A stretch of 64,000 bases of DNA from an uncultured Pseudomonadales bacterium (GTDB lineage: Bacteria > Patescibacteriota > Microgenomatia > UBA1400 > PJMF01). Below, one piece after another: positions 19,936-30,050 of the stretch. The notes beneath the pieces were generated by a model. That model had not been told where the DNA came from. It saw only the letters and a program-made list of their open reading frames with translations, and made no database searches. The translations under genes and the position numbers were made by a program. The stretch covers positions 62 to 64,061 of the forward strand of contig CAZBEW010000002.1 of assembly GCA_964491115.1 (NCBI GenBank), read 5' to 3'. How positions within the stretch are numbered: the stretch's first letter is position 1; every line of letters starts with the position of its first letter.

Positions 19936-20550
19936 TTAGATTAACCAACTAGCGAGCAAGTTAATGATTGGACTAAGGAGTTGCACCACTGCCGACTGAC
20001 CATTAAAAATAGGCAAAACGAGAAATAATAAAATATATTGACCATAACGCTCCATAACGGCTTCATACTCCAAACTGCTTTCTACAGGCAGAACAGCTCT
20101 CATAATTTTGCCACCATCAAGTGGATAAACCGGCAATAGATTAAACAAAGCGAGGGAGAGATTAATTTGAATTAAAACTCCAGCAAAAAGACTGAAAAAA
20201 TCGCTAGCAAAGATTCGAGAAAGAACAGATAATACAATTGCAATTAACAGATTGGTGAGTGGGCCAGCAAGAGCAATAATAGCAGTGTCACGAACCGGTG
20301 ATTTAAGGTTGTAGGGATCGTAGGGGGCCGCCTTGCCCCAGCCGAAGCCAGTGAGGATGATTAAGAGGGTGCCTAATGGATCTAAATGTGCGCGTGGATC
20401 AAGAGTAAGGCGGCCCTTCAATCTGGGAGTAGGATCGCCAAGCCCGTCAGTCACGTAACAATGAGCAGCCTCATGCAGGCTGATCGACAACAACAAGCCA
20501 ATTAAGATTAAAAAAAAGGCTAGTGGACTGCTAAATAATAATCCAAGCAT
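19936..20550 (-). CDS. Site-2 protease (peptidase M50)
   Basis: HEAAH; GDPTP; AGPLTN; FNLLPVYPLDG. Confidence 0.95.
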   Translation of the reverse strand: MLGLLFSSPLAFFLILIGLLLSISLHEAAHCYVTDGLGDPTPRLKGRLTLDPRAHLDPLGTLLIILTGFGWGKAAPYDPYNLKSPVRDTAIIALAGPLTNLLIAIVLSVLSRIFASDFFSLFAGVLIQINLSLALFNLLPVYPLDGGKIMRAVLPVESSLEYEAVMERYGQYILLFLVLPIFNGQSAVVQLLSPIINLLASWLI

Positions 20551-20565
20551 TGTTCCATTCTACTA

Positions 20566-20740
20566 TATGTAACAAGTAAACGCGTGACAAGCGTGAGCCG
20601 CAATTATATGTGACAAATAAATGTGTGGCAAGTGTGGCAGTAATTATATGACAAGCCTGTGTAACTATCTATGACAAGCCTGAGTGAAAAGCCTTGAACT
20701 GATTGCAGTAGCTTGCAATATCTTGCAGCAGATTGCAGAA
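20566..20740. repeat. Nested imperfect tandem repeats in the divergent S2P/rpmB intergenic region
   Basis: ~41-bp x2 (20566, 20607), 23-bp x2 (20647, 20670) sharing a TGACAAG-like core; 10-bp xxTTGCAxxA x4 at 20701-20740. Confidence 0.7.
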
Positions 20741-20769
20741 AAGATCGCTACATGTTAGAATTCTCTCCT

Positions 20770-21003
20770 ATGAAAAAAGCCACAATTAGCAAGCTTATCA
20801 AAAAGCTTCCTCGAGCATCTCATGTTGGGCACAATGTCTCTCATGCTAAAAATCGCACCAAGCGTAAATTTAAATATAATTTACATGCAACCACAGTGGT
20901 TTTAGATGGTGTGAAGAAAAAAATCAAAGTGCCAACTAGTCAATTGCGCCAGTTAAAAAAAGCTGGTTTGACGACTCATTTTCAAAAGCCCGAGACTAAT
21001 TAA
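20770..21003 (+). CDS. rpmB: 50S ribosomal protein L28
   Basis: GHNVSHAKNRTKRKFKYNL; TAGAAT 8 nt before ATG 20770. Confidence 0.9.
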   Translation: MKKATISKLIKKLPRASHVGHNVSHAKNRTKRKFKYNLHATTVVLDGVKKKIKVPTSQLRQLKKAGLTTHFQKPETN

Positions 21004-21068
21004 GAATAGTTGAGAACAATTAAGCTTAATTTAGTTGAGCGAAAAATTCTTGACAATTTTCCTGAGTA

Positions 21069-22145
21069 TTACCTGAGCAAATTTTGCATTTGTTTGAATT
21101 GACAGGGTTCTTTACCTGCCAATTGTACTTTTTCTAAAAGCAAACGCTGCCCACTTGCTGTTTTTTTAATTTGGCAAGTTAATATTTTTAGTCTTAGGTC
21201 ACCTTTATGTGTGGGAATAATGGTCCATAAACCAGGCCAAGGTTGAAAAGCCCGACAAGCATTGTTAATTAAGTGCATTTGTTCGAGTTTAGTTAATGGA
21301 AAATTACCTAAGATGCCCTGCGCAGCCAATAATTGACACAGTAAAGCCTCTTTTTGACCACTCAGCGAGGAAGGGTTTTTAGCTAAATTATTAAGTTGGT
21401 TTTCTGGAGTTAGGCTCATCAGTTTTTTTAATTGTACCCATGAAATATAGGCATCTGCTTTACTCAAACGTTGGGCAAAGGGAGTGGGTGATTGTTTGGG
21501 CTGTGGAGTGCTGGTTAATTCGCCAGCAATAAATTGTTTGATGTTCTTGGCTAAGGATTTTGTCATCAGGGCAAAAGCTTGTGCGTAATAATCGCTAAGA
21601 GTCCAGCTATCTTCAATCTTAAATTTCTTCTGGATAATTATATCTCCAGCATCTAAATCCTTGCTTACCGTCATGAGGGTGACTGCGCTTTCTTGACTGC
21701 CGATTATGTGCTTTTGCCAAGGTCGTTCTAAGTCTTTAAATAGCATAGCAAATTGTCCAGGAGAACTACCTCGCCAATTAGGCAATAGTGATGGATGAAT
21801 GTTTAGTGTAGTAATTTTGGGAAAAGCTAAAAGCCAATCTGGGATAAAATAGCCAAAATCAACGACCAAAAAAAGATCGATCTCTTGTTCTTTAATTTGT
21901 TTTTTAAGTTGGGGGTTCTTGAGGTTATCTGGTACTAAAAAAATATTAATTTTTTGTGTCTGAGCCCAGTGTGCTAGAGGATTGATGGTCAATAACTGTT
22001 GGCGACCAATCTTTTTCGGAGGTGGAGTTAGCACCCAGACTAAATCAAAAGCCTGGTCTTTCACTAGAGTTTCGGCAATTTTTTGGCTGTGTTGGGTTGA
22101 ACCAGCGATCGCTAAACGAATTTTTTTCTTGCTAATAATGGACAT
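21069..22145 (-). CDS. fmt: Methionyl-tRNA formyltransferase
   Basis: LNIHPSLLPNWRGSSP; LDAGDI; RAFQPWPG; follows def. Confidence 0.92.
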   Translation of the reverse strand: MSIISKKKIRLAIAGSTQHSQKIAETLVKDQAFDLVWVLTPPPKKIGRQQLLTINPLAHWAQTQKINIFLVPDNLKNPQLKKQIKEQEIDLFLVVDFGYFIPDWLLAFPKITTLNIHPSLLPNWRGSSPGQFAMLFKDLERPWQKHIIGSQESAVTLMTVSKDLDAGDIIIQKKFKIEDSWTLSDYYAQAFALMTKSLAKNIKQFIAGELTSTPQPKQSPTPFAQRLSKADAYISWVQLKKLMSLTPENQLNNLAKNPSSLSGQKEALLCQLLAAQGILGNFPLTKLEQMHLINNACRAFQPWPGLWTIIPTHKGDLRLKILTCQIKKTASGQRLLLEKVQLAGKEPCQFKQMQNLLR

Positions 22146-22169
22146 TTTGCCCTTTGTTTTAAAATTTGC

Positions 22170-22778
22170 TTAAAATTTGCTTAAAATTGTGCGATCTTCA
22201 AGCTCCACCCATTGATCTTTTTCCATAATGTAGGCTGGCAAATCCTGCTCCAATAGGTGATCGGTAAATAAAATGCCTTGTAAATGATCGTATTCATGTT
22301 GAATAATTCGGGCTGAAAATCCTTGATATTTTTCCGTTTTCTCTTCAACTTCGCCAGCCTTATTCAAACTTTGATATTTAACAGTCAGCCACTCCCAGCG
22401 GGGAACTGGGCCATAAATTTCTGGTATCGATAAACAGCCTTCAAAATGTTCTGGTGCTTTGAGTAAAGTTTTATTTTTACTGTGGTCAATAATCATTGGA
22501 TTAATAAAAGTAGTTAGTTGCTTTTGATTATTTTCTGGCTTTTGCTCTTTTTCTAGATGCTGATCAGGCTGATCCTGGGGCTGTTGAACACGGCGCATAG
22601 TAAAAATTTGCCAAGCTTTGTTGACTTGAGGAGCCGCTAAACCCACTCCTTCAGGATTTTTTTGGCGCAAGAGTTGCTGTTCCAGTCGCGCAACAAACTT
22701 TAGCAATCTTTTATCGAATTTTTCTACTCGATTAGCCACTAAGCGCAGAGTTGGATGAGGGGCTGTAATAATTTCCAT
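22170..22778 (-). CDS. def: Peptide deformylase
   Basis: GVGLAAPQ; EGCLS; QHEYDHL. Confidence 0.97.
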   Translation of the reverse strand: MEIITAPHPTLRLVANRVEKFDKRLLKFVARLEQQLLRQKNPEGVGLAAPQVNKAWQIFTMRRVQQPQDQPDQHLEKEQKPENNQKQLTTFINPMIIDHSKNKTLLKAPEHFEGCLSIPEIYGPVPRWEWLTVKYQSLNKAGEVEEKTEKYQGFSARIIQHEYDHLQGILFTDHLLEQDLPAYIMEKDQWVELEDRTILSKF

Positions 22779-22816
22779 GGGGGTATTATACCGTAAAATG
22801 CTTGATTTATTAAGTT

Positions 22817-24940
22817 TTATTCTTTTATTTGCTTCTGTAAAGCTTGCTTTGCCAATTCATTGTTTGGATCAATGTGGTCAAGAATATATTGATAGTTAAG
22901 TGCTGCTTCAGCAGCTTGATTATCTGAGTCCAAAATTTGACCAAGATTATAATAGGCTTGCCAATAATTAGCTTTTAAGTCAATTGCTTGTTTTAGAATT
23001 GTAATGGCGCTTTGGCGATTGCCCAATTCTTCTTCTACTAAAGCCAGATTGTAATAGAGTTTGGCTTCAGTCGGGGACTGGTCAATGGCTTTAAGTAAAG
23101 TCTCTTTAGCCACTTCATAAAAGCCCTTATTTAATTGTGCTAATCTGATAAAAATTCTTGCTCGGTTTTTAAGAAAATTCAGATGCATAGGATTAATTTT
23201 TTGCACATAATTGCTTGTTTCGATGGCTGCTTCGGCAAATTTAGCGCTATTGCTTGCTTGACCTTCTTCGGCAAAAGCAATGGCTAAAATACTATATTGA
23301 CTAGCTAGTTCATCATAAAACAAAGCTTCTTTGGGGGATAATTCGATAGAGTCCTGCATCAGGCTTAAGCCTGATTGCCAATCTCCCTCACGAACATGAT
23401 TATTGGCCTTGTAAAAAAGATTGTCGGCTCGCCAAATTCGCCAGATGCCACGATCGACCACAACCAACATTAATAATATGACAGCGGAGATAAGTAATTC
23501 TGACCAGCTGAGGCGATTTTCTTTGATTTTTGGCCATTTTACCTCTTGCTTGACGATTATTGCTGCATAAAAACTCAAAAGGAGATTGGTAGTGACCGTA
23601 GAAAAACCGAAAAAGTTACTAATAAACATGGCTAATAAAGCACTGGCTAAGGCGATCTGCAGACTAGTTAATTTTTCTTGACGCCACTGCTGAAAAAGAT
23701 AAACAAACAGCGCCACAAACAAGGCTAAATAAGTGATTAAGCCCACTAAGCCGGTGGTGGCTAAAAAATTTAGCAGCTCATTGTGCGCTTTGTTGTATAA
23801 AAAATCCCATTCTGAAAGCAAATTGTGCTCGGCAGGTCGATCTCGATAATAACTATAAGCAAAAGTTTCCACCCCAGATCCAAGCAGTGGATAGCGTTCC
23901 CAGACTTTTAAGGCTCCTTGCCACACTGTTTTACGGATGTCGCTAGACTTAGAACCGCCTGCTTGCTCGGGACTAATTACTGTTTCTTCAGTATTTTGTG
24001 TTTCATTATTCAGGCCCTCGGTGAGCGAGCTTAAGATTGATTGATTAGGATTATTTAAACTTAAATTACGTCCAAAAGTGACTAAGGTTAAAATAATTAA
24101 AAATAGGGGTAATAACAATTGGATAAGATTGAGTTTCTTTTCTTTTTTCTTTTTCAGTAACAAATATTGAGCAAACAATTGGAAGACCAAAGCAATAGCT
24201 AAAGCTAAAATGCCCGATCGAGATTTAGTGAAAAACAAAGCCATGCCTTGTAGGACTAGGAGCAATGAATAAATAATAATTTTGCCTATTTTTTTATGAT
24301 TTGCCAATATTTTTTCCCACAATTGCCAAATTGTTACAGGGATAGTCATGATTAAAAAACTAGCCAACCAATTGGGCTGACCAAAAGTGGCAAATACTCG
24401 ATTTTGCACATCTTGAACCCAGCAAGCCACATTAAAATTACCCGAGACAATGAGACAGCTCATTGAGTGACCAAAATGCTCAGGAATGGCATATAAACTG
24501 ACTAATAAAGCAGCTAGGAGTAGGTTTTTTAGCAGGGCATTTATCTGTTTTTTATCTAAACTGTATTGAGCAGCAAAAAATAAAGAGACATAGGTAAAAA
24601 TAGACAATAAGCCACCGTTAAAACGAGTATAGTAACCAAATATTGAAGTCCGTTGATGAATGGAAAAAATAGTAGATAGCAGTTGTGAAACAAGAAAGGC
24701 GGCTATGACGTAAAAGTCTGGCCGTTGGCGCCAGGGATTGTGTTTTCTGAGCAAAAATCTTAATAAGCATAAAGCCACAATGATACTGGTCAGAACGTAA
24801 ACAAAAATCATTTTGTTGAATTCAAATAATTCTTGATTAAACCAAGTAAAAACAAAAGGAGTGGTGAAAATTAAAATATTAAACAAGGCAAAAATGATGG
24901 TGTCTAGCCAACGATCAATTTTTTGTCTTTCGTGGTTCAT
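22817..24940 (-). CDS. O-antigen ligase/Wzy_C family membrane protein with C-terminal TPRs
   Basis: TFGQPNW; TKSRSG; R...W; GSGVETF; AHNE; TPR-like C-terminus. Confidence 0.88.
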   Translation of the reverse strand: MNHERQKIDRWLDTIIFALFNILIFTTPFVFTWFNQELFEFNKMIFVYVLTSIIVALCLLRFLLRKHNPWRQRPDFYVIAAFLVSQLLSTIFSIHQRTSIFGYYTRFNGGLLSIFTYVSLFFAAQYSLDKKQINALLKNLLLAALLVSLYAIPEHFGHSMSCLIVSGNFNVACWVQDVQNRVFATFGQPNWLASFLIMTIPVTIWQLWEKILANHKKIGKIIIYSLLLVLQGMALFFTKSRSGILALAIALVFQLFAQYLLLKKKKEKKLNLIQLLLPLFLIILTLVTFGRNLSLNNPNQSILSSLTEGLNNETQNTEETVISPEQAGGSKSSDIRKTVWQGALKVWERYPLLGSGVETFAYSYYRDRPAEHNLLSEWDFLYNKAHNELLNFLATTGLVGLITYLALFVALFVYLFQQWRQEKLTSLQIALASALLAMFISNFFGFSTVTTNLLLSFYAAIIVKQEVKWPKIKENRLSWSELLISAVILLMLVVVDRGIWRIWRADNLFYKANNHVREGDWQSGLSLMQDSIELSPKEALFYDELASQYSILAIAFAEEGQASNSAKFAEAAIETSNYVQKINPMHLNFLKNRARIFIRLAQLNKGFYEVAKETLLKAIDQSPTEAKLYYNLALVEEELGNRQSAITILKQAIDLKANYWQAYYNLGQILDSDNQAAEAALNYQYILDHIDPNNELAKQALQKQIKE

Positions 24941-25022
24941 AATGTGCATAGTATAGCCGATTTTCTACTTCTTTTTACTCTTTATTTATGTTAAATTGAA
25001 GAGTAAACAAGAAAGCCTGCCT

Positions 25023-26192
25023 ATGACCAATATTCAAGATGATCAGTTAATTAGTCAATACTCTGATGATAGTGCATCAGCAGTGAGCAATGATGAGCCA
25101 GTAATAAGTAATGATGAAGCTAAGCCTGAACAGCCAGTAGCTAAGCCTCAGCCGAGCCGAGCCGATGTTGACGAATTAATTAGTCAATTAGACGCTCTCC
25201 ATCAAGAAATTGCAGCCAAAACCGTAGCTTCTGAAGCTCCAGCAAAAGAGGAGAATGAAGTTGAAAAATTAGCAGCACCACCGGTCACGCCGATGATTGA
25301 AAGTAGTGATGACCCACAATTAGCGCAACCAGCGCCTACACCAATGATTGAGAGCAGTGATACTCCGCAATTACCGCCTGCCCAAACTTCCGACGCCGAT
25401 CTAGATAAATTTATTGAAGATTTGGAAGCGAAAATTGCTAGCAATAAGCAAGCAGAAGAGCCAAAACCTGCTTTTGCTGTAGAAGAGCAACCGGTTCAAC
25501 CCGAGCCAACTGGTAAAACTAAGATTCCATATCTACAACCAATTACTGTTAAAGAAAATTTTAGTCATCAGCGACCATCTTTAGATTTTTCTAAACTAAA
25601 TCAAGATACACAGCCAGATCTTACCTTAAACAATGGCCAACTAGAAGAAGAGCAGCCACCCTTAGCTCAGCCCGAGCCAGCCATAACTACAGCTGCGCCT
25701 ACAACTACAGCTACACCTGAAAGCCCAAATCTTACCCAAGAAGAAGTAGTTGATGCAGAAGATTTAGAAAGTCAAAATATTTTTACAATGTTGAACCTAG
25801 ATCATTTAGAACAGTCAGAAAAAGAAGCCTTTTTAAATGACTTAGAAAAATTAATTTGGGATAATTTTATTGAGGTTGAATTGGCACAGCTACTAAATCC
25901 CGAAGAAAAAGCCCAAGCTGAGCAAATTTTAGCTGATAGCACCAAAGGCGATGACGAACGCAAAGAAGCTTTGTTAATTTATTTGGAGAAATTTATTCCC
26001 AATTTAGAAGAAATAATGTACAAGAAAGCTTTATTGCTGAAGAAAGAAATGTTTGAAGAAAGAATCAGAAAAAGCCGACAGCAGGCCAGTGAAGACAATA
26101 ATTTAAGTTTAATGGCAGATTTAGACCAGATTCAAGAATTAATTAAAGCGGATCGCTACAAAACAGCAATAGCTCTTTTGAATAAAAATTAA
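25023..26192 (+). CDS. Acidic Pro-rich hypothetical protein with helical C-terminal domain
   Basis: Low-complexity N-half with duplicated TPMIESSD.PQL; helical C-terminus. Confidence 0.75.
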   Translation: MTNIQDDQLISQYSDDSASAVSNDEPVISNDEAKPEQPVAKPQPSRADVDELISQLDALHQEIAAKTVASEAPAKEENEVEKLAAPPVTPMIESSDDPQLAQPAPTPMIESSDTPQLPPAQTSDADLDKFIEDLEAKIASNKQAEEPKPAFAVEEQPVQPEPTGKTKIPYLQPITVKENFSHQRPSLDFSKLNQDTQPDLTLNNGQLEEEQPPLAQPEPAITTAAPTTTATPESPNLTQEEVVDAEDLESQNIFTMLNLDHLEQSEKEAFLNDLEKLIWDNFIEVELAQLLNPEEKAQAEQILADSTKGDDERKEALLIYLEKFIPNLEEIMYKKALLLKKEMFEERIRKSRQQASEDNNLSLMADLDQIQELIKADRYKTAIALLNKN

Positions 26193-26213
26193 CTTTCTGC
26201 TAAGCTTTGATAT

Positions 26214-26930
26214 ATGGCGAAAGGGATTGAACTAGTTGATCTTGCTCAGCAGCCCTGTGTATTTTTGTGGGACTCTAATCAAGAGCAGATCATTAATTTG
26301 GGTCAAGAAGCCCTAGATTGGTGGCAGTGGCATCGCTTGGAATCGGGTAATGAATCTTGGCAATTAATTTATCCCCTTAGAGCTGGTATTTTGCAATCAA
26401 AATGGGCACTGGAACAGGTCTTAGATAATCAGCTTTTTTTTGATCAATTTCGCCTTAAAACAGCCACACGTTTACAAGTGGTGCTTAGTAGTGCCAATAG
26501 TGATTTAGAAAAAGAGTCTATTAAAAATTTATTTGCGCAAAAATTGTTAAAACCGGTGACAATTATAGATCGAGCAGATTTTTTCTATCAGTATTTAGAA
26601 CGCAAACAAGATTATTCTAAATTAAAACTAATTATTGACTTAAATTTAGATTTTGCTGAATTATCTTTATTTTTACTAGATAAGAAATTGAAAACCCAGC
26701 ATTTGCCATTCACCGAAAATTCTAGTGAAGCAGTCTTAATTAAACGTCTGCAAAGTGCCGTTGATAGATTTATTTTAAATGTGCCAAGCCAGTTATTTCA
26801 GGAGAAGTGGCAGTATTTTTATTTTTTTATGCATCCTGCGATCAATAACAACTCAATCGTTGATGATTTAAGTCAGCACTTAAAAATGGAAGGGATTCTT
26901 AATCAAGAACCTTTGGCTGCTTATGTTTAA
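26214..26930 (+). CDS. Highly degenerate MreB-like protein
   Basis: Occupies the mreB slot before mreC; IYPLRAGI~IRPLKDGV, LIIDLNLDFAELS~MVVDIGGGTTEVA, NQEPL~AEDPL. Confidence 0.7.
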   Translation: MAKGIELVDLAQQPCVFLWDSNQEQIINLGQEALDWWQWHRLESGNESWQLIYPLRAGILQSKWALEQVLDNQLFFDQFRLKTATRLQVVLSSANSDLEKESIKNLFAQKLLKPVTIIDRADFFYQYLERKQDYSKLKLIIDLNLDFAELSLFLLDKKLKTQHLPFTENSSEAVLIKRLQSAVDRFILNVPSQLFQEKWQYFYFFMHPAINNNSIVDDLSQHLKMEGILNQEPLAAYV

Positions 26931-27690
26931 TTATCCGAAAATTACTCGCTATTTTTTTGTCACTGTTTTATTAATTTTTATTTTTTTATTGGATTTTTTG
27001 GGCTTGTTAAAGCTTTCTGCTCTGCGGAATGGAGTAATTGATTGGCAGGCAAAAAATTATCAAGCAATGCAGGTTCTGACTCAACCTCTTGCTCAATTAC
27101 GCCAAATGTGGCAATTGAGAGAAAAACTAGAGGATTTGGAATATCGTTATCGAGAGGCTTCAGTGCAACTCACTGAACTTGAAGCCTTGCGCGAAGAAAA
27201 TCAAGCCTTAAGAAATCTTTTAGAAAACACCGATCAAGTTCATAAAACAAGTTTTATTACTCGACCAATTAGCTCTTTTGCTAAGCCGGTTTTATCTATT
27301 GGCAGCGATAGTGATTTACAAGTTGGTTCGGTAGTTTTGGGCGAGGGAAATTTATTAGGTATTATTGAAGAATTGGGCAAGCAACAAGCTCGCGTACTAT
27401 TACTCAAAGACATGCAAACTCAGGGAGTAGTTGCCAAGACAGAATCTGGTGTCAAAGGCATAGTGAAAGGAGATGGTAAGGATATTTTACTTACTGAAGT
27501 TTTGAGCGAGGCCGAACTAAATTTACGAGAACGAGTGGTGACTATTGGGCAAGAGGGCATTGGTCCAGACATTTTTATTGGGCGAATTGTCAGTTTACAG
27601 GAACAAGATCAAGCAAAATCTACTCAAACTGCCATTTTGCAACAAGATGTTAATTTTTATGAATTAAGTTTGGTTGAGGTCCAGCCATGA
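26923..27690 (+). CDS. mreC: Rod shape-determining protein MreC
   Basis: TM, coiled coil (LREENQALRNLL), beta domain (GSVV..LLGII..V..G..PDIFIGRI). Confidence 0.88.
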   Translation: MFNYPKITRYFFVTVLLIFIFLLDFLGLLKLSALRNGVIDWQAKNYQAMQVLTQPLAQLRQMWQLREKLEDLEYRYREASVQLTELEALREENQALRNLLENTDQVHKTSFITRPISSFAKPVLSIGSDSDLQVGSVVLGEGNLLGIIEELGKQQARVLLLKDMQTQGVVAKTESGVKGIVKGDGKDILLTEVLSEAELNLRERVVTIGQEGIGPDIFIGRIVSLQEQDQAKSTQTAILQQDVNFYELSLVEVQP

Positions 27691-28130
27691 TTTATTTAAA
27701 CTACATATTGCAAGTTATTTTTTTACTAATTTTATTGAGTATTGAATCGACTTTGGCAACGCCAATTTTTACTCTTTATTTGCTTTTTAAGCTCCTGGAT
27801 AGATTTAATACTCGAGATGATCGCAGTTTTTATTATTTAATTGCCTCATTATTGTTGCTGAGTTTTTGCTTGGCTTTATTCTATCAACTGGGGATCAGTG
27901 TCTGCATTGTGCTAGTTTTTCTTTATTATTATTTGCGCAGTGTGTTTGGTAGCAAAATGTTTAGTAAAAATTTTCAACAATGGCAAATTTTACAATTCAG
28001 CTTATTCGCAGTTTTGCAAATAGCGATCTATTTTTTATCAGGTTTAAGCTTTAATGGCTTTATGTTGGCACAAGGTTTGCTTGTGCTAATTTTACTGATT
28101 TATAGAACCATCAAAATCAACAGGCTATGA
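27687..28130 (+). CDS. MreD-like membrane protein
   Basis: Multi-TM ORF overlapping mreC and pbp2; assignment is positional. Confidence 0.55.
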   Translation: MIYLNYILQVIFLLILLSIESTLATPIFTLYLLFKLLDRFNTRDDRSFYYLIASLLLLSFCLALFYQLGISVCIVLVFLYYYLRSVFGSKMFSKNFQQWQILQFSLFAVLQIAIYFLSGLSFNGFMLAQGLLVLILLIYRTIKINRL

Positions 28131-29977
28131 AAAGCACAAGTTTTAGCGAGCGAGATCAAAAGAAGTTATTTGCTTTTTTCGTGATTTTTTTCGTGATTTT
28201 TTGTCTTTTATTATTACGTTTAGTTGATCTGCAACTAGTACGAGGTCAAGAATTAGCAAAATTAGCCGAGCAAAACAGATATTTTTCAAAAAAATATGTG
28301 CTGGAGCGGGCATTGATTTTTGATCGTTTTCAAGAGCCTTTATTAAAAAATCGACCCAATTATTATTTATTGACCGATCAAGACCAACTTTACAGTCAAC
28401 AACAATTAATTGACTACGATCAAGCCTTGTCGCTGATTGCCACTGATAGTGCCAAAATTACTCAAGATTTTTCTAGAGTATATTTACATCCACAGGCGCT
28501 TGCTCATGTGCTGGGTTATGTGACTGGCGTGACGGCTGAGGATTTATTGGTCAATCAAGGTTTGAATTTTGCTGAGCAGTTTGGTCGAACAGGCTTAGAA
28601 GCCTATTTTGACACGCCTTTGAGATCAAAATTAGGCACCGAGGTTTTTGAAGTAGATGCTTTAGGCAAAAAACAACAGTTGGTCAGCAAAACTGAAGCTG
28701 TTTTTGGTAATAGTCTTAATACCAGTCTTGATCCCTTATTGTCTGAAGTAGCTTACAAGGCCATGGCAGATAGAAAAGGCGCTGTGGTGATTATGGATGC
28801 TAAAACTGGCCAAGTTTTAAGCTTGCTGAGTAGTCCTAGTTTTGATCCTAATTTATTTGAAGAGTTGCGTTTAGCCAGTGTAGCTAAGCAAAAAAATACT
28901 GCGGCTCAAGAACAAATGACTGAACAATTAACGGATGATCGTCAGTTATTTTTTAATCGAGCTGTGAGTGGCAATTATCCTCCAGGTTCTGTTTTTAAAG
29001 TAGTGACAGCTTTGGCCGCTTTAGAGGAGGGGGTGCTCAATGCCACTAGCACGGTTGTTGATGAGGGAATTCTGGAAGTTGGTGATTATCAGTACGCTAA
29101 TTGGTATTACACGCAATATGGTCAGGTTGAAGGCGCGATTAATATTGTCCGGGCACTGGTGCGCAGTAATGATATCTTTTTTTATAAAGCGGCAGAATTA
29201 GTGGGTCCACAAAAACTGGCCGATTATTCTCGATTGTTGGGTTTGGGTCAGCCAGTCGGCATTGAATTGCCTAGTGAAGCTTCTGGTTTAGTACCAGATC
29301 CAGCCTGGAAAGAAGCGCGTTTGGGCGAAAAATGGTTTTTAGGAAACACCTATCATTTTGGCATTGGACAAGGAGATTTGTTGGTTTCTCCTTTGCAAAT
29401 TACTCAAGTTTTTCAAGCCATTAATAATAATGGTGTTTTGTGTCGAGCGACCTTGCTTCTTGATCAGCAAGACTGTCATGACTTAGCCCTGCGCCAAGAG
29501 AATTTAGACTTAATTAATCAAGCTCTATTGGGGGTTGCCCAAGACGGAGGCACAGCTTTTCCTTTATTTGACTATAATCGTTTGCTGACTGCGACTTTAA
29601 AACAACGCCTGGGAGAGGAGACCTTTAATCAATTGAGTGCTCAGGAAAAGATTCGAGCAGGCATGATTGCTGGTAAAACCGGCACATCAGAGTTTGGTAG
29701 CGCCAATCAACAGGGTTATCGAGCCACTCACGCTTGGTTTTCGAGCGCGGTTGGCCTAAATAAGCCATTAATTTTAGATCATTGGCAAGAATTAGGTTTA
29801 GAAGCGGCCAGTCCTGAACAAGAATATTGGTTAAAAGCCTTGGAAAACGATCTATTGCCAGAAGAATTAATTATTACAGTGTTAGTAGAGAGTGATGGAG
29901 AAGTGGTTTATCGTGAAGGATCGGCTGATGCCGCGCCAATTGTCAGAGAAATTTTAAAATGGATGACTGGTTTTTAA
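28127..29977 (+). CDS. mrdA: Penicillin-binding protein 2
   Basis: PPGSVFK (SxxK), RSND, KTGT; IGQG. Confidence 0.93.
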   Translation: MKSTSFSERDQKKLFAFFVIFFVIFCLLLLRLVDLQLVRGQELAKLAEQNRYFSKKYVLERALIFDRFQEPLLKNRPNYYLLTDQDQLYSQQQLIDYDQALSLIATDSAKITQDFSRVYLHPQALAHVLGYVTGVTAEDLLVNQGLNFAEQFGRTGLEAYFDTPLRSKLGTEVFEVDALGKKQQLVSKTEAVFGNSLNTSLDPLLSEVAYKAMADRKGAVVIMDAKTGQVLSLLSSPSFDPNLFEELRLASVAKQKNTAAQEQMTEQLTDDRQLFFNRAVSGNYPPGSVFKVVTALAALEEGVLNATSTVVDEGILEVGDYQYANWYYTQYGQVEGAINIVRALVRSNDIFFYKAAELVGPQKLADYSRLLGLGQPVGIELPSEASGLVPDPAWKEARLGEKWFLGNTYHFGIGQGDLLVSPLQITQVFQAINNNGVLCRATLLLDQQDCHDLALRQENLDLINQALLGVAQDGGTAFPLFDYNRLLTATLKQRLGEETFNQLSAQEKIRAGMIAGKTGTSEFGSANQQGYRATHAWFSSAVGLNKPLILDHWQELGLEAASPEQEYWLKALENDLLPEELIITVLVESDGEVVYREGSADAAPIVREILKWMTGF

Positions 29978-30050
29978 TTTTCTCTAATTTTTTCAATGTC
30001 AAAATTTTCAATGTCAAAATTTTGTCAAACTTTATTGGCACAATGTGTGC

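Noticed and set aside
20566-20740. Repeat cluster as oriC/DnaA boxes
   Set aside because: Motifs differ from TTATCCACA at several positions, and no dnaA/dnaN is nearby
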